Shown here piece after piece: positions 1 to 12,733 of a DNA stretch of 64,000 nucleotides (the first letter of the stretch is position 1; each line of letters starts with the position of its first letter). Source of the DNA: Trichosphaerium sp. ATCC 40318 (taxonomy: Eukaryota > Protista > Tubulinea); the NCBI GenBank assembly GCA_038496445.1, contig JALMLS010000325.1, forward strand, positions 12,436 to 76,435, read 5' to 3'. The translations under genes and the position numbers were made by a program. Under the pieces are notes generated by a model. That model made no database searches and had not been told where the DNA came from. It saw only the letters and a program-made list of their open reading frames with translations.

Positions 1-1229
1 GGCTTTGTACCGGCTTACAAAGACTGGAAGGCTTTATATGATGCTTTTAGGTGTAGAACTGTAACTAAAATAATATTTCATATTGTTTGTATGTGCTTCT
101 ATCACGTGATACAAATTGGTAAATATTAGAAACTCTACCTTACATAATAATAGTCTTAATGAATGTTGCGTCTAAAGTAGCAATAGAAGGAGAGGACCGT
201 AAGAATGCGTTTAGATAAAGAAAGAGTAGATTTTGGATACCTTGGGAAGAACAGAAGAAGGCAAAGCAACCGGCAATCTAGAACAATACTTTATAGAAAA
301 AGATTACATGCAACTACTGATTTGGCGACTGAAGAACTCACAATTGTAAATGCTCTTTTCATTGAAGCTTCTATTGAGTTTCTCATAGACTTATGACATT
401 TATTCGGCTTACATTCAAGATTGGTTTTAATACCAGATGGATAATACTCATAGAGAAGCACTGCGAGTGTATTTGTACATTGGAAAGGGTACTGGAGGTA
501 AAGGTACAGCAGTGTTTCAACAACTATTCTTTGACTAACACAACAAAAAAAAACCAGGACCTAACAATGTTAAGACTATACTCAGCAATCACGGGTGCAC
601 TGTAACATGTGTTAAGACGCTAGAAAGGGATCTTAATGTTTTAAATTACGACATAGTCATATTCCCAGGAGGTTCACAAGTACAACAAAGCAATACTATA
701 GGAAGTGAAGGGAAGACAATTGTAAAAAGCTTTGTAGAAAACGGCGGAGGTACACTCCCATTTTGGATCCACATAGCTTAAACTTGATATAGGGTATTTT
801 GGCATATGTGCGGGAGCATTCTTGGGTACCTCAAATCCTCAGTATGGTATTGGATTACTCTCAATTCTTGCAAACAGAAAAATACCTAAAAATGAACCTG
901 AGATTTCAGGAGAGATTCAAATGAAAACGTGCATTGAAGGTTTCTTTAGTAAAAATCACGTGATATCATGCAAATATCATAACGGTCCTCTGTTTCCAAA
1001 GTATAATATACCTGAAGGTATAGAGACAATGGCAGAAGTTAGTAAAGGCGCAGGATCAAAAAAATCAGCCAAAAACATGTTTAAGATGGGATGTATAGTA
1101 CGAGGTACATGTGGTAAGGGTAAAGTTGTACTATGTGGACCACATCCAGAGACTTCCAGTGATTTAGATGAATTTACCTGGAATATGATAGAGCAGGTAG
1201 CAAACAAGAGTGGCGATAGTGTAGCTTGA
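1..1229 (+). CDS. BPL_N (biotin-protein ligase N-terminal) / class I glutamine amidotransferase-like domain protein, spliced, 5' end outside window
   Basis: Spliced reading gives LYIGKGTGGK|GPNNVK...YDIVIFPGGSQVQQSNTIGSEGKTIVKSFVENGG|GYFGICAGAFLG...YHNGPLF...GKGKVVLCGPHPE. PGG, GICAGA, NGP and GPHPE are BPL_N motifs. Introns at ~503-557 and ~750-792. Confidence 0.8.
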
Positions 1230-1828
1230 TATGAAAAAACAAATTGTACCAATCAAGCATTGCAAGCGAATGTGGTATCTGCTTTTTCTGTACACACGTT
1301 GATATCAATAAATGAATATTGTAAAAATTAGAAGCAGATACACACGTTCAAGACACCAACGACATGTGAGGAAAGGAGAAATCATCGCACAAACTGTTGT
1401 TTTTATTTGTCCGAGAAGAAGTAATCGGGTTTTTATAGAAGGTTTCAACTAGCTTACATTTCGTGTGGTAGTTGTGTGATGCATCAAATTAGCATCATGG
1501 TGTAAATGCGCGTTATTGCCGCCATCAGTTAAGGTAACAATAAGCTGTTAAAAGGTTAGTTGAGGTTAGGAGTGTAGCTCTTTGTTTGCTTGGCTATTTT
1601 TGGCGTACAGCTGGCACATTTGGGCGTCTGTTGCAGTTAAACTCGTCTACAGCAAGCTGTATACCACATCCAATACAAGCAAATCCTCTGCGTTTGCTAC
1701 AACCTCTTTTGACCACGCTTGACTCCCAACCCGTTTTATTTGAAGCGAATACGCTATTTAAAGCAAGCACACGCGAATACTGACACCAAGGAGTGCTTTA
1801 CACTACTTTTGAAGCTTCAATTTAACAA

Positions 1829-4800
1829 ATGGGCACAACTTCAAGTAAAACCAAACGTGTGAGTGCTCCAAGCAACAAAAATGCGAAGGACAATAAGAAA
1901 AACGAAGAAGTGAGTCTTAAGGCCAACAAAAACACAATTGTTTCAGTTCGTTTACTAATTTAACGATTGTAGCCCGAAGAATACAAATTCGGCCATTCTG
2001 CGATGCTTTTGCCTGTCTTTGAGTGTAAACGAGGCGGTAGGCATTAACTGAAACGCGTTTTGAACTTTTATCGCTGAAACTTGCTTTGTCTAAGGAAGAA
2101 CGATACTTTCCCGCTCTGGGAGTACTAATGACTTGGGTTACAATTCTAAAATTTCATTTTTCTGGATACCTCATGAGGACTCTTGGATCACTACACAACA
2201 AGATTATGGCGAGCTTAAAATAGCTCCCTTGGAGTACGTAAAAAAAAATGTCACTATTTATAGTGTTACATTTTGTGAAGCGAAATGATAAGGAAACGAA
2301 ACCATTTCCAATTTTTTTATTTTTTTTTTTGCAAACAAGAGCTTAGATCAGTTTTGTTCAAACGTTTGAACGACTTTTTGTGTTGAAGTATCAATATTAA
2401 ATAGTAAGAAAAGTTCCATTAAACTCTCACGTGATTATACCACCCCTTAATGAACTGAAAGCGAAAAAAAAAAATTGTTTTGTTTACAAATTGAAACACA
2501 TGATTGCTTGTTTTGACTTGTTTGATGTTCGCGTTCGAGATGTTTCTCTTTTTATAATTCTTTAATATGTTACTTACCATTGACATTTAAGTGCCAAACT
2601 CCAAAAGATAACATTTCCAAAGAAAGAGCTTTGGAGACCTACACCAATAACAGACTTTGATACCATAAAATCTCATTTGATGTACCTTCGAGATGCTAGT
2701 GCGAACTCAGATACAATGATCCTAGTTGGATCTCGAGCAGCCAACCACCACATGAAGACTGTAGTACCAATATCTAAAACAGTACGTACTAAAACAAATG
2801 TCAGCACAATGCAAAGCAGCTTACTTTTTTTCAGACAGATTGGGATATAGTCGCCTCATCTCACACTCTTTTACGTCTTTTAAAGCACGTGAAGGACCGT
2901 ATTAAGAAAATAGAACTATTCAAAGAGAAAGGGACATTCGTACATTGCGTTATAGAGCGTGACCATAACGATGAATCAAGTGGAGAAGATGGGGACATTA
3001 TTTGCGATTTTGAAGTTTCAGAAAAAATAACTGATTCTGCTTCTCTGATTTTAGTCATTGGTAGAGATTTGACTTCAAAAATACCTTTCCCTGGTGTATC
3101 AAGTAATAAGTTTAAGCTTGCTGTATCTTCTTGGTCAATGCTTCTTGCTATTTGTAGATCACATCTTCATTGTTCTATAAAATGGCAGAAGCATATACGA
3201 AGGTATAGTGATATGATTAAAGCAAGGGAAAATCTGAAGGAAGCAAATGATGTTCAAAAATTGGACAGTGATTTGATTAATAAGATGTTTGGTCAGAGAT
3301 TACTTGAGTCTTTACGTATACATCATTGTTGCGTGGAGTTTGCTGATTGTAAGAGGTAACGTATCTTTTTTAGAATCGACGAAAAATCCAAAGAAAAAAA
3401 ATTTGTTGATTTGATTGGTTTTTTTTTTCTTTCACCTTTCTTTCTCTAACTTTTGCTTCTTTCCTCTTTGACTTTTTTTGTCTACTTTTTTGGTACAGCC
3501 GTGTATACTTCTACAAGGTTCATCAGCATTTGCAAAAAATGTCAATTATTACAAAAGTTTGCATGCCAAGCAAAAACTTTCAAAAAAATTTTTTTTTTTT
3601 TTTCCATTTTTCTTATTGCTTATCCTTGTCTTTAGCGTCCCTCTTTCCGTGCTATTTTGTGAAGAAGATATAGAAGAAGTTTGTACGATTATAACAGTGT
3701 GTTCATCTGATGTGAAAGTATTACGAGAGTCGTCATTCTGCTTGTTGACGAACCCTCAAAGGATCAAACTTGTTTGTTTTATGATTAAGTACATTCAAAC
3801 ATCACATCCTTCTCTACAAGATTGTTCAAAGAAAAAAGCACTTGAATGGATAGTCACGTGCGTTGATTTTTATTAAAACATTAAATGCTCAAAAAGAGTT
3901 ATTAGTTGCGGTCCAGCAAAGTGGATAAGTGATTTTATAATCGACACGTGCGATGATATAGTCCAAGCAGAAAAAGGGAAAAAAAAAGGAAAAGAAAAAA
4001 AACCTTCGCCAATCTCTTTAAAAGATGTCATCGCAGAGCTCTTTATAGAGTTACCAACAGAGATAAACTTGATGATACTATCAAACTTACCTACAGAAAC
4101 TATTAGTAACTCGTTGAAAAACGTATGTAAGTCGTGGATGGTGATCACTTCCGATGACAAAGTCTGGCAAATGATTTACCGACTTAAAGGATTCGATGAT
4201 GGTGCTACTCTTCAAGCTGAAAATCACTGGAAGTCCCTTTGTATATACAAAACATACTCACCTGAAACAATGACACAATCGAGCGTTGATCATACAATCA
4301 AAATACAGACATACGACGTGAGTAAAATATTGAACATAGCAAAAACATGGACACAAAAAGCTTTCTCAAGCAGTTATTTTGAGCCGTTGAATATCAAGTC
4401 AACAAAGAGACTACAAGTCATCCTCAAGTCAACTTTTGTTGATAGTAATGGGGATTATATCATTTGTTTACCAGAAAAGAAAGAACCGTTAAGAATGGTT
4501 ATTAGCATGAGGAGTGGAGAATATGGGAATTCAAGGTTTAGCTACAACAGAAAGATGGTTTCAATTCAGTCCAATTTTGGCTTTTCTGCTAATTTTGATG
4601 GAGCTGGTGTAAATGGTAAACAGCTGGGTGGGTGGAACCTTGACGAATCAACGATAGGTCAACAAATATGGTCGCAGGTACGGGAAGATGAACTTGTAGA
4701 AAAAAATCTTTTTTGAAATTTTTAAGTCAAAAAACGGTCTAATGTTTGTTTGTCTTTAGGACTACGTCCCAAGTTTAAAGTTGCCGAAATATCTTGTCAT

Positions 4801-4867
4801 AGCGTTTGTTATTTGTATAATGAAAGATAGCGCTAGTTTTATTTCGCATATGAAGGTTCATTTTTAG
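1829..4867 (+). CDS. Multi-exon protein: N-myristoylation-like start + phage-type nucleotidyltransferase-like (DUF7275-like) region + F-box + C-terminal domain
   Basis: Starts MGTTSSK. Exons give MILVGSRAANHH...|TDWDIVAS...LLAICRSHLHCSIKWQKHIRRY...|CGPAKWISDFIIDT, then an F-box LPTEINLMILSNLPTETISNSLKNVCKSW...DDKVW. Last exon DYVPSLK...KVHF* ends at 4867. Middle exon boundaries are uncertain. Confidence 0.65.
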
Positions 4868-5224
4868 AGGACACACATGGAAACAACTTCACCAACTAAT
4901 AATAAAAAAAAAGTGCAAAAAACTAGTAACTTTTTTCTACCTTTGCAAGAAAGTCATGGAATGTTTCTTGTAATTTTAATGCCTTACCTGAACCAATAAA
5001 TCATATAATTTAACCAAACAATTATAAATAATGCAACATACCCTTCACGATCAAAAAAATAAAAAATCGTCTTTTTACATTTTTTTTTATTTCAAAAAGG
5101 TCCTAAGTAGACTCTTTTGTTTGTTTCAACAAGTACCCTTGTTTAAAAATCTATAAATTACCGTTAAAAAATATACCAACGTATTCATATATAATTACCA
5201 TGTGTTGTTTCGACAATAGCAAAA

Positions 5225-6520
5225 TCAGGCTGCTTCCACTCTTGAGTATTAGGTTTTGCTTGAAAAACTATTTTGTAAGAAACAACTTATTGATGTACTC
5301 TTTTTGACTTACCTCTCTCTTTAAGGCCTTGTCCGAAATTACGGTAGCATAATAATGTAAAGAAAAAGACTAATACACGTGTACCAATTGCTGATGCTGC
5401 AACAAGGAGAGTCGGTACAAAAAACAGATCACTAAAAAAATGACAAACAAATTAACAAAATAATACCATTGGATGACTTACTTGTTGACTGGTCCATAAG
5501 CCTTTACAAATAAAATACCCTTTCCTACAATATAAACAGGAATGGCAAAACTCAAGATAATAAATGAGAGCAAGAGAGGAATATTCTCATCACGAACCTA
5601 ACAACTTGTCAAAAAACATACAGCCTTTCAAAAAAACGTGAAATGACTTACAGTGTACCAACCCATAACAGCCCATACAAAGTTTAATAACACAATAACT
5701 ATTTCGAATATGAGCTCAGGACCTATTAGAGAACTTTAGCAATAAAAGAAATATACCATGCACGCAAGAACCTGAAACAAATGAATCATTTCCTTCACCA
5801 TATAAAAATAAACCAACCATCAAAACAAGTAGAATTTCACATAAAATATCAATCCGTAGGAAAGTTAGCAATATCTGGTATACTCTATACATGCGTATAA
5901 GTTGTGTATCAGCACCAACTCTCTTATAAACACGCCTAGGACGATAAGAACGGAAGAATTTTTCAAAAAAATTCTCACCATCCAAAATTCTTCATAAGAA
6001 GAACAGAAGAAATCACTGTAAGCGGATACAATATCACTACTATAACTAAGCGTGATATATAAGCTTCTCTAAACTCCCCTGTTTGATTCTATTGTTTACA
6101 AAATTTTATCACGTGACTGATTAACGCTGTGTGAAGGGTACCTGTTGAAAAAACTGATAAACGATATAAAACATGTTCGTTGTAAGTGCGACAATAAAAG
6201 CTATTATCTCCCAATGATTCTCTTCCCAAACCTTTAAAACGTTAAATATTTTGTTCTCCCATAAATACACTGAAGGTCACGTACGCCATGTATAGCCGTA
6301 ATGAGAATAAAAAGCCATAAAACGATGAGAATAACACCAAGTTCTGTTTGCCTCCCTGGTTCTTTGACCTAACCTCTTTTTTAGCGTCACTTGGCAACGT
6401 CACGTGTGGAACAAGTGTTTTTACCATTAAAAATATTGTTAAGCATAACGGTATAGCTACAATAGCTACCATAAGTACAAGAAAGGTATAAACCAGTATT
6501 TTATCTTTAGTGTATCCCAT
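5225..6520 (-). CDS. Multi-pass membrane protein, spliced
   Basis: ATG at 6520 (MGYTKDKILVYTFLVLMV). Several hydrophobic exons; YKRVGADTQLIRMYRVYQILLTFLRID motif; GT-AG introns; TGA at 5225-5227. Confidence 0.65.
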
Positions 6521-7687
6521 AGCCGAAAACTGGAAACCAAACACACTTGTGAAAAAAAGCCAAAAAGTAAACTTCTGCAAGTCAGCAAAAATCAAAGTAA
6601 TTTGTCGTTGAGTAAAGTTTTATCACATGTGAAAGGGTGACTATCTATGTGGTTTTGATGAAGGTACATTGGTAAACACGTGATACAATTATGAATGAAG
6701 ATGTGGATCATTTGCAATTCAAAAAGTCGTCTTTAAATACATAAGTAGCTTGTGTGGCTACGCTATAGCCACAAATACCAAGCCTCCACTCATCCAACAA
6801 TTAACCTCGGTTCGCTCTTTATGATAATTCAACATCTAACAAACTTGCGAATACAACACAAGTGACGATGTTTGTAACAGAAACTTTTATTAAGTTTGTT
6901 TACATTAACAAGAAGATGTTCTAGTTCTTGTGTTCCGGTTTTTTCATGATAGCATTGACTACTTCAATCTCCCAGTCTGCCATTTCATGGTTTTCAGCTT
7001 GAGGGGTTGGTTCACTGGCATTCAAAGGGAAGTATAGTGGGGTTTACCATCTTTGTCAATTTCCTATCCACTTATTTGCCATTTTTTCGTGTCTTTCACT
7101 AGCCAAGAAGAATGATTCTTTTTGACATATTCCAGAGCGACGTCATGCTTGGATCCTCCCTTAGTTACTTGAAGTGATTCACTAGGTACAAGAATAGCAG
7201 TAGTTTGAAGTGTTCGTATACTAAAAGACACGTGAAATCTTTTTTTGTTTTCTTCGTTGTCTTTGGTACTTTTTGAACGACATATTTCTTTGATATTTTG
7301 ATTGATTCAAGTGATGTTTTAATATTCTGTGCTCCTTTTTTATGTCTTCAAAAAGCTTTGCTTCGAATTGCTTTTTATTCTTTCCACTTTTAGTCTGTTT
7401 CTATTCAGTAAAAACTCCGTTAATTAGCCCATTGCTGAGGACAAGCTCATCTAGCATCGGTATCATAAGGTCACCCCGCACTAAAACCGCCATTGTTGAT
7501 CACGTTATTCGATAACTTGAATTACAACAAGGTCAATAGGACTACACAACAGATGGACATGAGGTTTTTTGATTAGAAAAAGTCTCAAACATAGAGTAGT
7601 GCTTCTCCGCAACAAACCTACCCAACTCTTTAATTTGTGGGCATGTTATTGGTAAAAGTGTTAGGGTTTTTATTTATGTATTTTTTT

Positions 7688-10600
7688 TTAAAGGACTCTG
7701 TTTCTAATATCTTCCAATTTTTTGTTCACCTCATTTACAGATCTCTCCAAACTTTTAGCAATACGTTGTTGTGACTCATTACGAAGTTCTGAGAATTGCT
7801 CACACAAGTCACCATCAATGACAGACTACAAATATTGTAAGAAAATAAGAAAAAAATAAGAAAAAAAGAAAACGGAAACCGGTTTTCCCAAAACATACCT
7901 TCACAGGGTAGTAGAATGAGCGGAAGACTTCATGTCTTCTTCCACAAATAGGAGGATTCTCTTGCTTTACATTGATCTCAAGATGACTGAAAAAGTCAAC
8001 ATCCTCGCGATTCTCGAACGGAACCAAAACTCCTGAGTAAAAAAGTTAGTAAAAAGTAAACTTAAACGTGATAAAGAAATTCCAATTGTGTTAAAGTCAT
8101 ACCGACTGCTCCAAGAACTGTAGTATAGAGAAGACTCTGAACGCCACCAGGAGTTAAATTACACTTGGTTAGGTGTGTAATAGTCTCTCCTACATAGAAA
8201 TGCGCTTGTGGTTTCAACTATAAAAAACAAGTAAGAACCAAATCTTTACGCGTTATAGATAAAGCAATGGATGTGGTTTAAAACGAGTTTGTAGTGCACA
8301 ATACATGCGCTTAGATAATGATAGCAAGAATTACCTTAAAAGGAGCTGAATTGAGGTAGCTCTTTGTCCAAGCAATGACATCACCAACAGGGTTGTTATC
8401 TAACTCTTCTTCAACCTCGTCCGGCAATCTCAAGATAGATATCGTTCCAAACTTATCTCCAAATGCAACAGTATTGTAATCAAGTACACAGACACTTGTG
8501 AGCCACTTTGGGCAGGTATCATCTGCGAAAATGTACAACATGTTATCGGTTCGATTATACTTTACAAATAATACTGATTCAGCCAAATCACCGACATAAA
8601 TGCGATCACCTTGTGTATCAAGAGATACAATAAACGTAGGAAATTTCTACAAAAAAGAGTTGGTAAGACGAGAGAACAAAAACGAGTCAAGACTATTAAA
8701 CGCCGAGAAAAAAAAACGACGTAGAAGAGACAATAAATTTCAAGATTTCATTTCTTAACGTACCCTGCTTTCACATTTTCTGAGGACTTTCTTCTTACCC
8801 AGATCGTATATTCTCAGAGTGTTATCAACACCTGCAAGTAGACGACCTTGGAAAGCGCATAGAGCACCAGGTATACCGTCTATTTCTGTTCTGTGAAGTA
8901 GGTTGAGTTTACCAGGTGGAGAGTTGCTAATGCTGAATACATATATGTAACCACATTTACAAGACCGTGGTTGGAACTTCATGTCCCTCACAGTACCAAC
9001 AACAACAAAAACCTCACTGCGTGAGTGGAAAACACAAGTGCACATACTAGGCGTATACATTAGTATTGTAGAAGAAAGTAAAAACAACAAAAAAAAGTTT
9101 TGCCACTTTGAAGTGACTTAAAGCGTTAGTTCATTAAGCAGTACCTTATGGCGCTCTCATTATCTACGAACTCATGTACATCAAGCGTCTTCTTTGATAA
9201 CGGATCATAGACGCGTACACAAGAAGCCCAAGTACCAAGGTTTGGACGTGGTGGACCAAGAGCACGATCACGATCTTCAAGCTCTTCGTCCTCTTGCTGT
9301 TCATTTGGCACATCATCTGTTTCCATATCATCACCTTCTTGTTTTATTTCCTCCTCACAATTTTTTCTTTCAGCCCAAGGGTACATTAGATGATCAGATT
9401 CAATAGTAACGAGTAGATTTGTCGTAGGATGAATCTCGAATTTTCTCGGTGTGTAACGTAGAGGAATTTCTGTTTGATTGAATAAATCACCTGAATGATC
9501 TACAGCAAAGATTCTAGGATGACTTTTAGCAAACAGAGTTTTTGTAGAGAGAAGAAAAAAAAACAGTCCAATGAACGCGAAAAGTGATGCAACAGCGTGT
9601 AAAGCTTTGAGATGTAGTTGTTACGTACCTTAGAGACTTTTTGGTGAGACCTATGACACCTTCTGGACATTGCTCTGAAGAGAAGCACGCAGCATACTCA
9701 AGAGGTACATAAGACAATGGCACCATTATCACCCGAGATTGGTACGTGTAGCATAACCAACTACGCGTAGATAGAGCCAAAAGTCCGGTCTTTTCGCCCA
9801 ATTTCATTGTGAATAATTTTACGGGTTTGGTACCCAAAAACCGAGTCCGCGTATCGGATAACTGACCTGTTACTTCATCCAATCTTGCTCTCAAGAGCAA
9901 TCCATTAGCGGTACCAACGTTCAAGTAGAGCATTGAAGCAAATTCGATTATAGCCAAGGAAGTAGCCTTTGAAGGAAGAAGCTGCATTGATAGCGACTCC
10001 ATACAGTCTGACGCAGCTAAACTGTACACTCGGACCTTATTATCCGTAAAAGAAACAGCCAAAAATCGTGACCGAACTTTACCTTGTAGAGGCGGTATGG
10101 TCATAGCTGATATCTCTGATCCAACATTTTTTGTCATTACTTCTTCGAGTTGACCTGTTTGATCCAACTCAAAGTAAACAACATCACCACCACGAAGTGC
10201 AATAGCTACTTGACGTTGATTGGAAGCGCATGCAACAATTTTTGTGCCACCTGGACACTTCCACTCGGAGGTACGCTTATCAGCACGAATATGGCGTAAA
10301 CCACCATCGTAGATTTGCAAGAACGAGTCTTCACCAAGAAGTGAAACACTCATTGTGGTTACTGTACCGAGGAAGCCTGAATCAGTGACTTCTTCTACTT
10401 TATCGCTAATCTCAAGAACGAGTGTGCCGTTGTAGAAAGATACAATGATGTATTTATCAAATTCATCTAGTACCAAAACGTCAGCACAACGTAGTTTAGT
10501 GTAGAAAATAATTCAAAAAAATAAAATAGTTTCTGAGGTTTTCTTGAGTAACAACTCTCGTTGACTTGGTTACGTACCATCTGCTGTGCTTTTAACTGTC

Positions 10601-12554
10601 CATACACCTGTTGGTGTTGCCTCTGGAAGACCAGATTCCTTTAAGTGATTCACAGAGATACCATGACGAAGAACAGCCAATGCAGAGCTACGTCCACGTC
10701 CGCATGCACAATATATTTGAGGAGTTTCTGTTTTGTCAAGATTTAGAACTTTAGCAGCTGTAATAGGAGCTAAACTAGCCATTTTATCGATAGGATCAAG
10801 ATTTTGTAGAGCGCGCGGGTTGAAATATCTGTTTACATCATCACCATCTATTGTGAAAGTCTCATCCTCGCCATCACCAATATTCTAGACATTAAAAATG
10901 AGCTAACACATCTTTCAAACAAGAAAAGAAAATCGCGCGTAGTTGATTTGAATCATTCAAAAAGTTTCTCAAGGATTTTGTTTTCCAACGCATCGTTTGT
11001 TGTATTGTATGCAAATACAGGTAAATTCTTCGCTATTGTAAAAAAAAAACGTACCTGAAATTGGTACAAGTAGTGATCTTTGAACTCTGCAGCCAAGAAG
11101 AGGAATCCTGTCTTGATAACACATAATCCAATAGCAACAGGTACAGTATCGAAATAACTTATATTAACTTTGTATACTTCATCACCTTCGTAGTCCAAAG
11201 TAACCTTGTATAAATCGCCATATTCGCTTTGTAGAAGAATAAAAAACAAATCTTTCTGTTTATGTGAAGCAACAGCTGTTATAAGTAATCCGCGATCCTG
11301 AGGTACGTGCTTTCTTCTAGGTATACGCACACGCACTTCCTCATGCTCATCGTTAATATAGACAACATAATCCTCACTAGTATACAGAACACCACTAGGC
11401 CCATCACTTCCTCCAGGGACAGTCACTAGTTTGTATGCAGTTCTATCAATCGTAGTAGACCATTTTCTTACCTACGCGTAGCGGTTAAAAAATTAATCAT
11501 TATTTTAATTTTTGCTATGAGCTCTTTGATTTGTTTTACAGTTGTAAGCCAACGACACACCACTCAAAAAAAAATTGCACTGGTACGTACAACATGATTA
11601 AGACCCAAATCTAACTCATAATAAGTCAAGACCTTTTCTGCTTCAGCAACAGCCTCTCCAGTTGGATCTTCATCAGCCTCAGCATGATCCATTTCAATAG
11701 CAGCGAATACAGGATTATTAAACCTAAACGAGAAAAAAAAAAAAGATGAGAAAAATAGTACAGTCCAGTTACTCAAAGAACAAGGAAACAAAGGTTTACC
11801 TTTGAAGCGTTATTTTTTTTTTCAAATTCAAAAAAAAAAAAGTGTACATACCCTACATCAACGGCTGCGATATCAAAACATACTGTATGTTGTTTATTAG
11901 ATTCCAGAGGTGAAGATATAGTAAGATTAGCGGCTCCATCTCTGTTCAGGACGTAAATCAATTTTTGCTTCTCAACAGCAGCAATCATTACTGCACGGCC
12001 TTTTGGATCTGCTGCTAGGTACTCTCCAGGTACAATACGTCTACAACCTGTTTTACCAAACATTTCTTCGTGAATCTTTTCAAAAGCTTCTGTTTCGGCA
12101 TTCACCTTCAAAACTACTACTTTACCACTGTCGCTGCCAACTACAATGTAATCCGTACGGCCACCTGACGGAGTCAATAAAAAACTTTCAAATCAAAAAT
12201 AAAAAGTAACTTGGAGCGTCACAATATGTTCAAAGGTACTTTCAGTGCGTAACGATGGGAAATTAGCCGTTTCTTTTTGAGGTCAGAATTTTTTACGCAC
12301 CTGTGAGTCTGAAGGGTACTAGTGAACGAACTAAGCCGAATGCGTTTGTCGAAATGATTGTTTGTACACGTCCGTAATCATCAGGCCTCAAAAGTTCTAA
12401 TATTCTTCCTCTCGCTACCACAATCTCCTGGGCCTATGAAACAATTAAAATCTCAACAAAAAACAGTCATACGTGCCTTAGGGGCGCTAAAATTGCCTGC
12501 AGCGCACGCATTGATAGCCGTAGGCTTACAAAGCGTAGCGTTATACAAATACAT
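7688..12554 (-). CDS. SF3B3: Splicing factor 3B subunit 3 (SAP130/Rse1)
   Basis: MYLYNATL...GNFSAPK|[82 protein letters not shown]-terminus DIRNRVL*. More than 10 introns. Confidence 0.97.
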
Positions 12555-12733
12555 GGCCATGGTGCCTTGCTCGCGGAAACGGATATGAGAAAGTTGAAAT
12601 CGCTGCGAGAAAATATGTCACACAAAGTCGCGATTTGTAAGCCAAAAGCAGCTAGTCCCAAAGCATTACTGCATGCCTCATAGGCTCTTTTGACATCAAA
12701 GCAGTTTATATTGCGCTTTGGTTGAGTTCAGCG

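Noticed and set aside
6890-7500. Coding-like minus-strand stretch (VALEYVKKNHSSW...ADWEIEVV)
   Set aside because: Interrupted by stops and frameshifts with no recognisable family; at most an unidentifiable pseudogene fragment.
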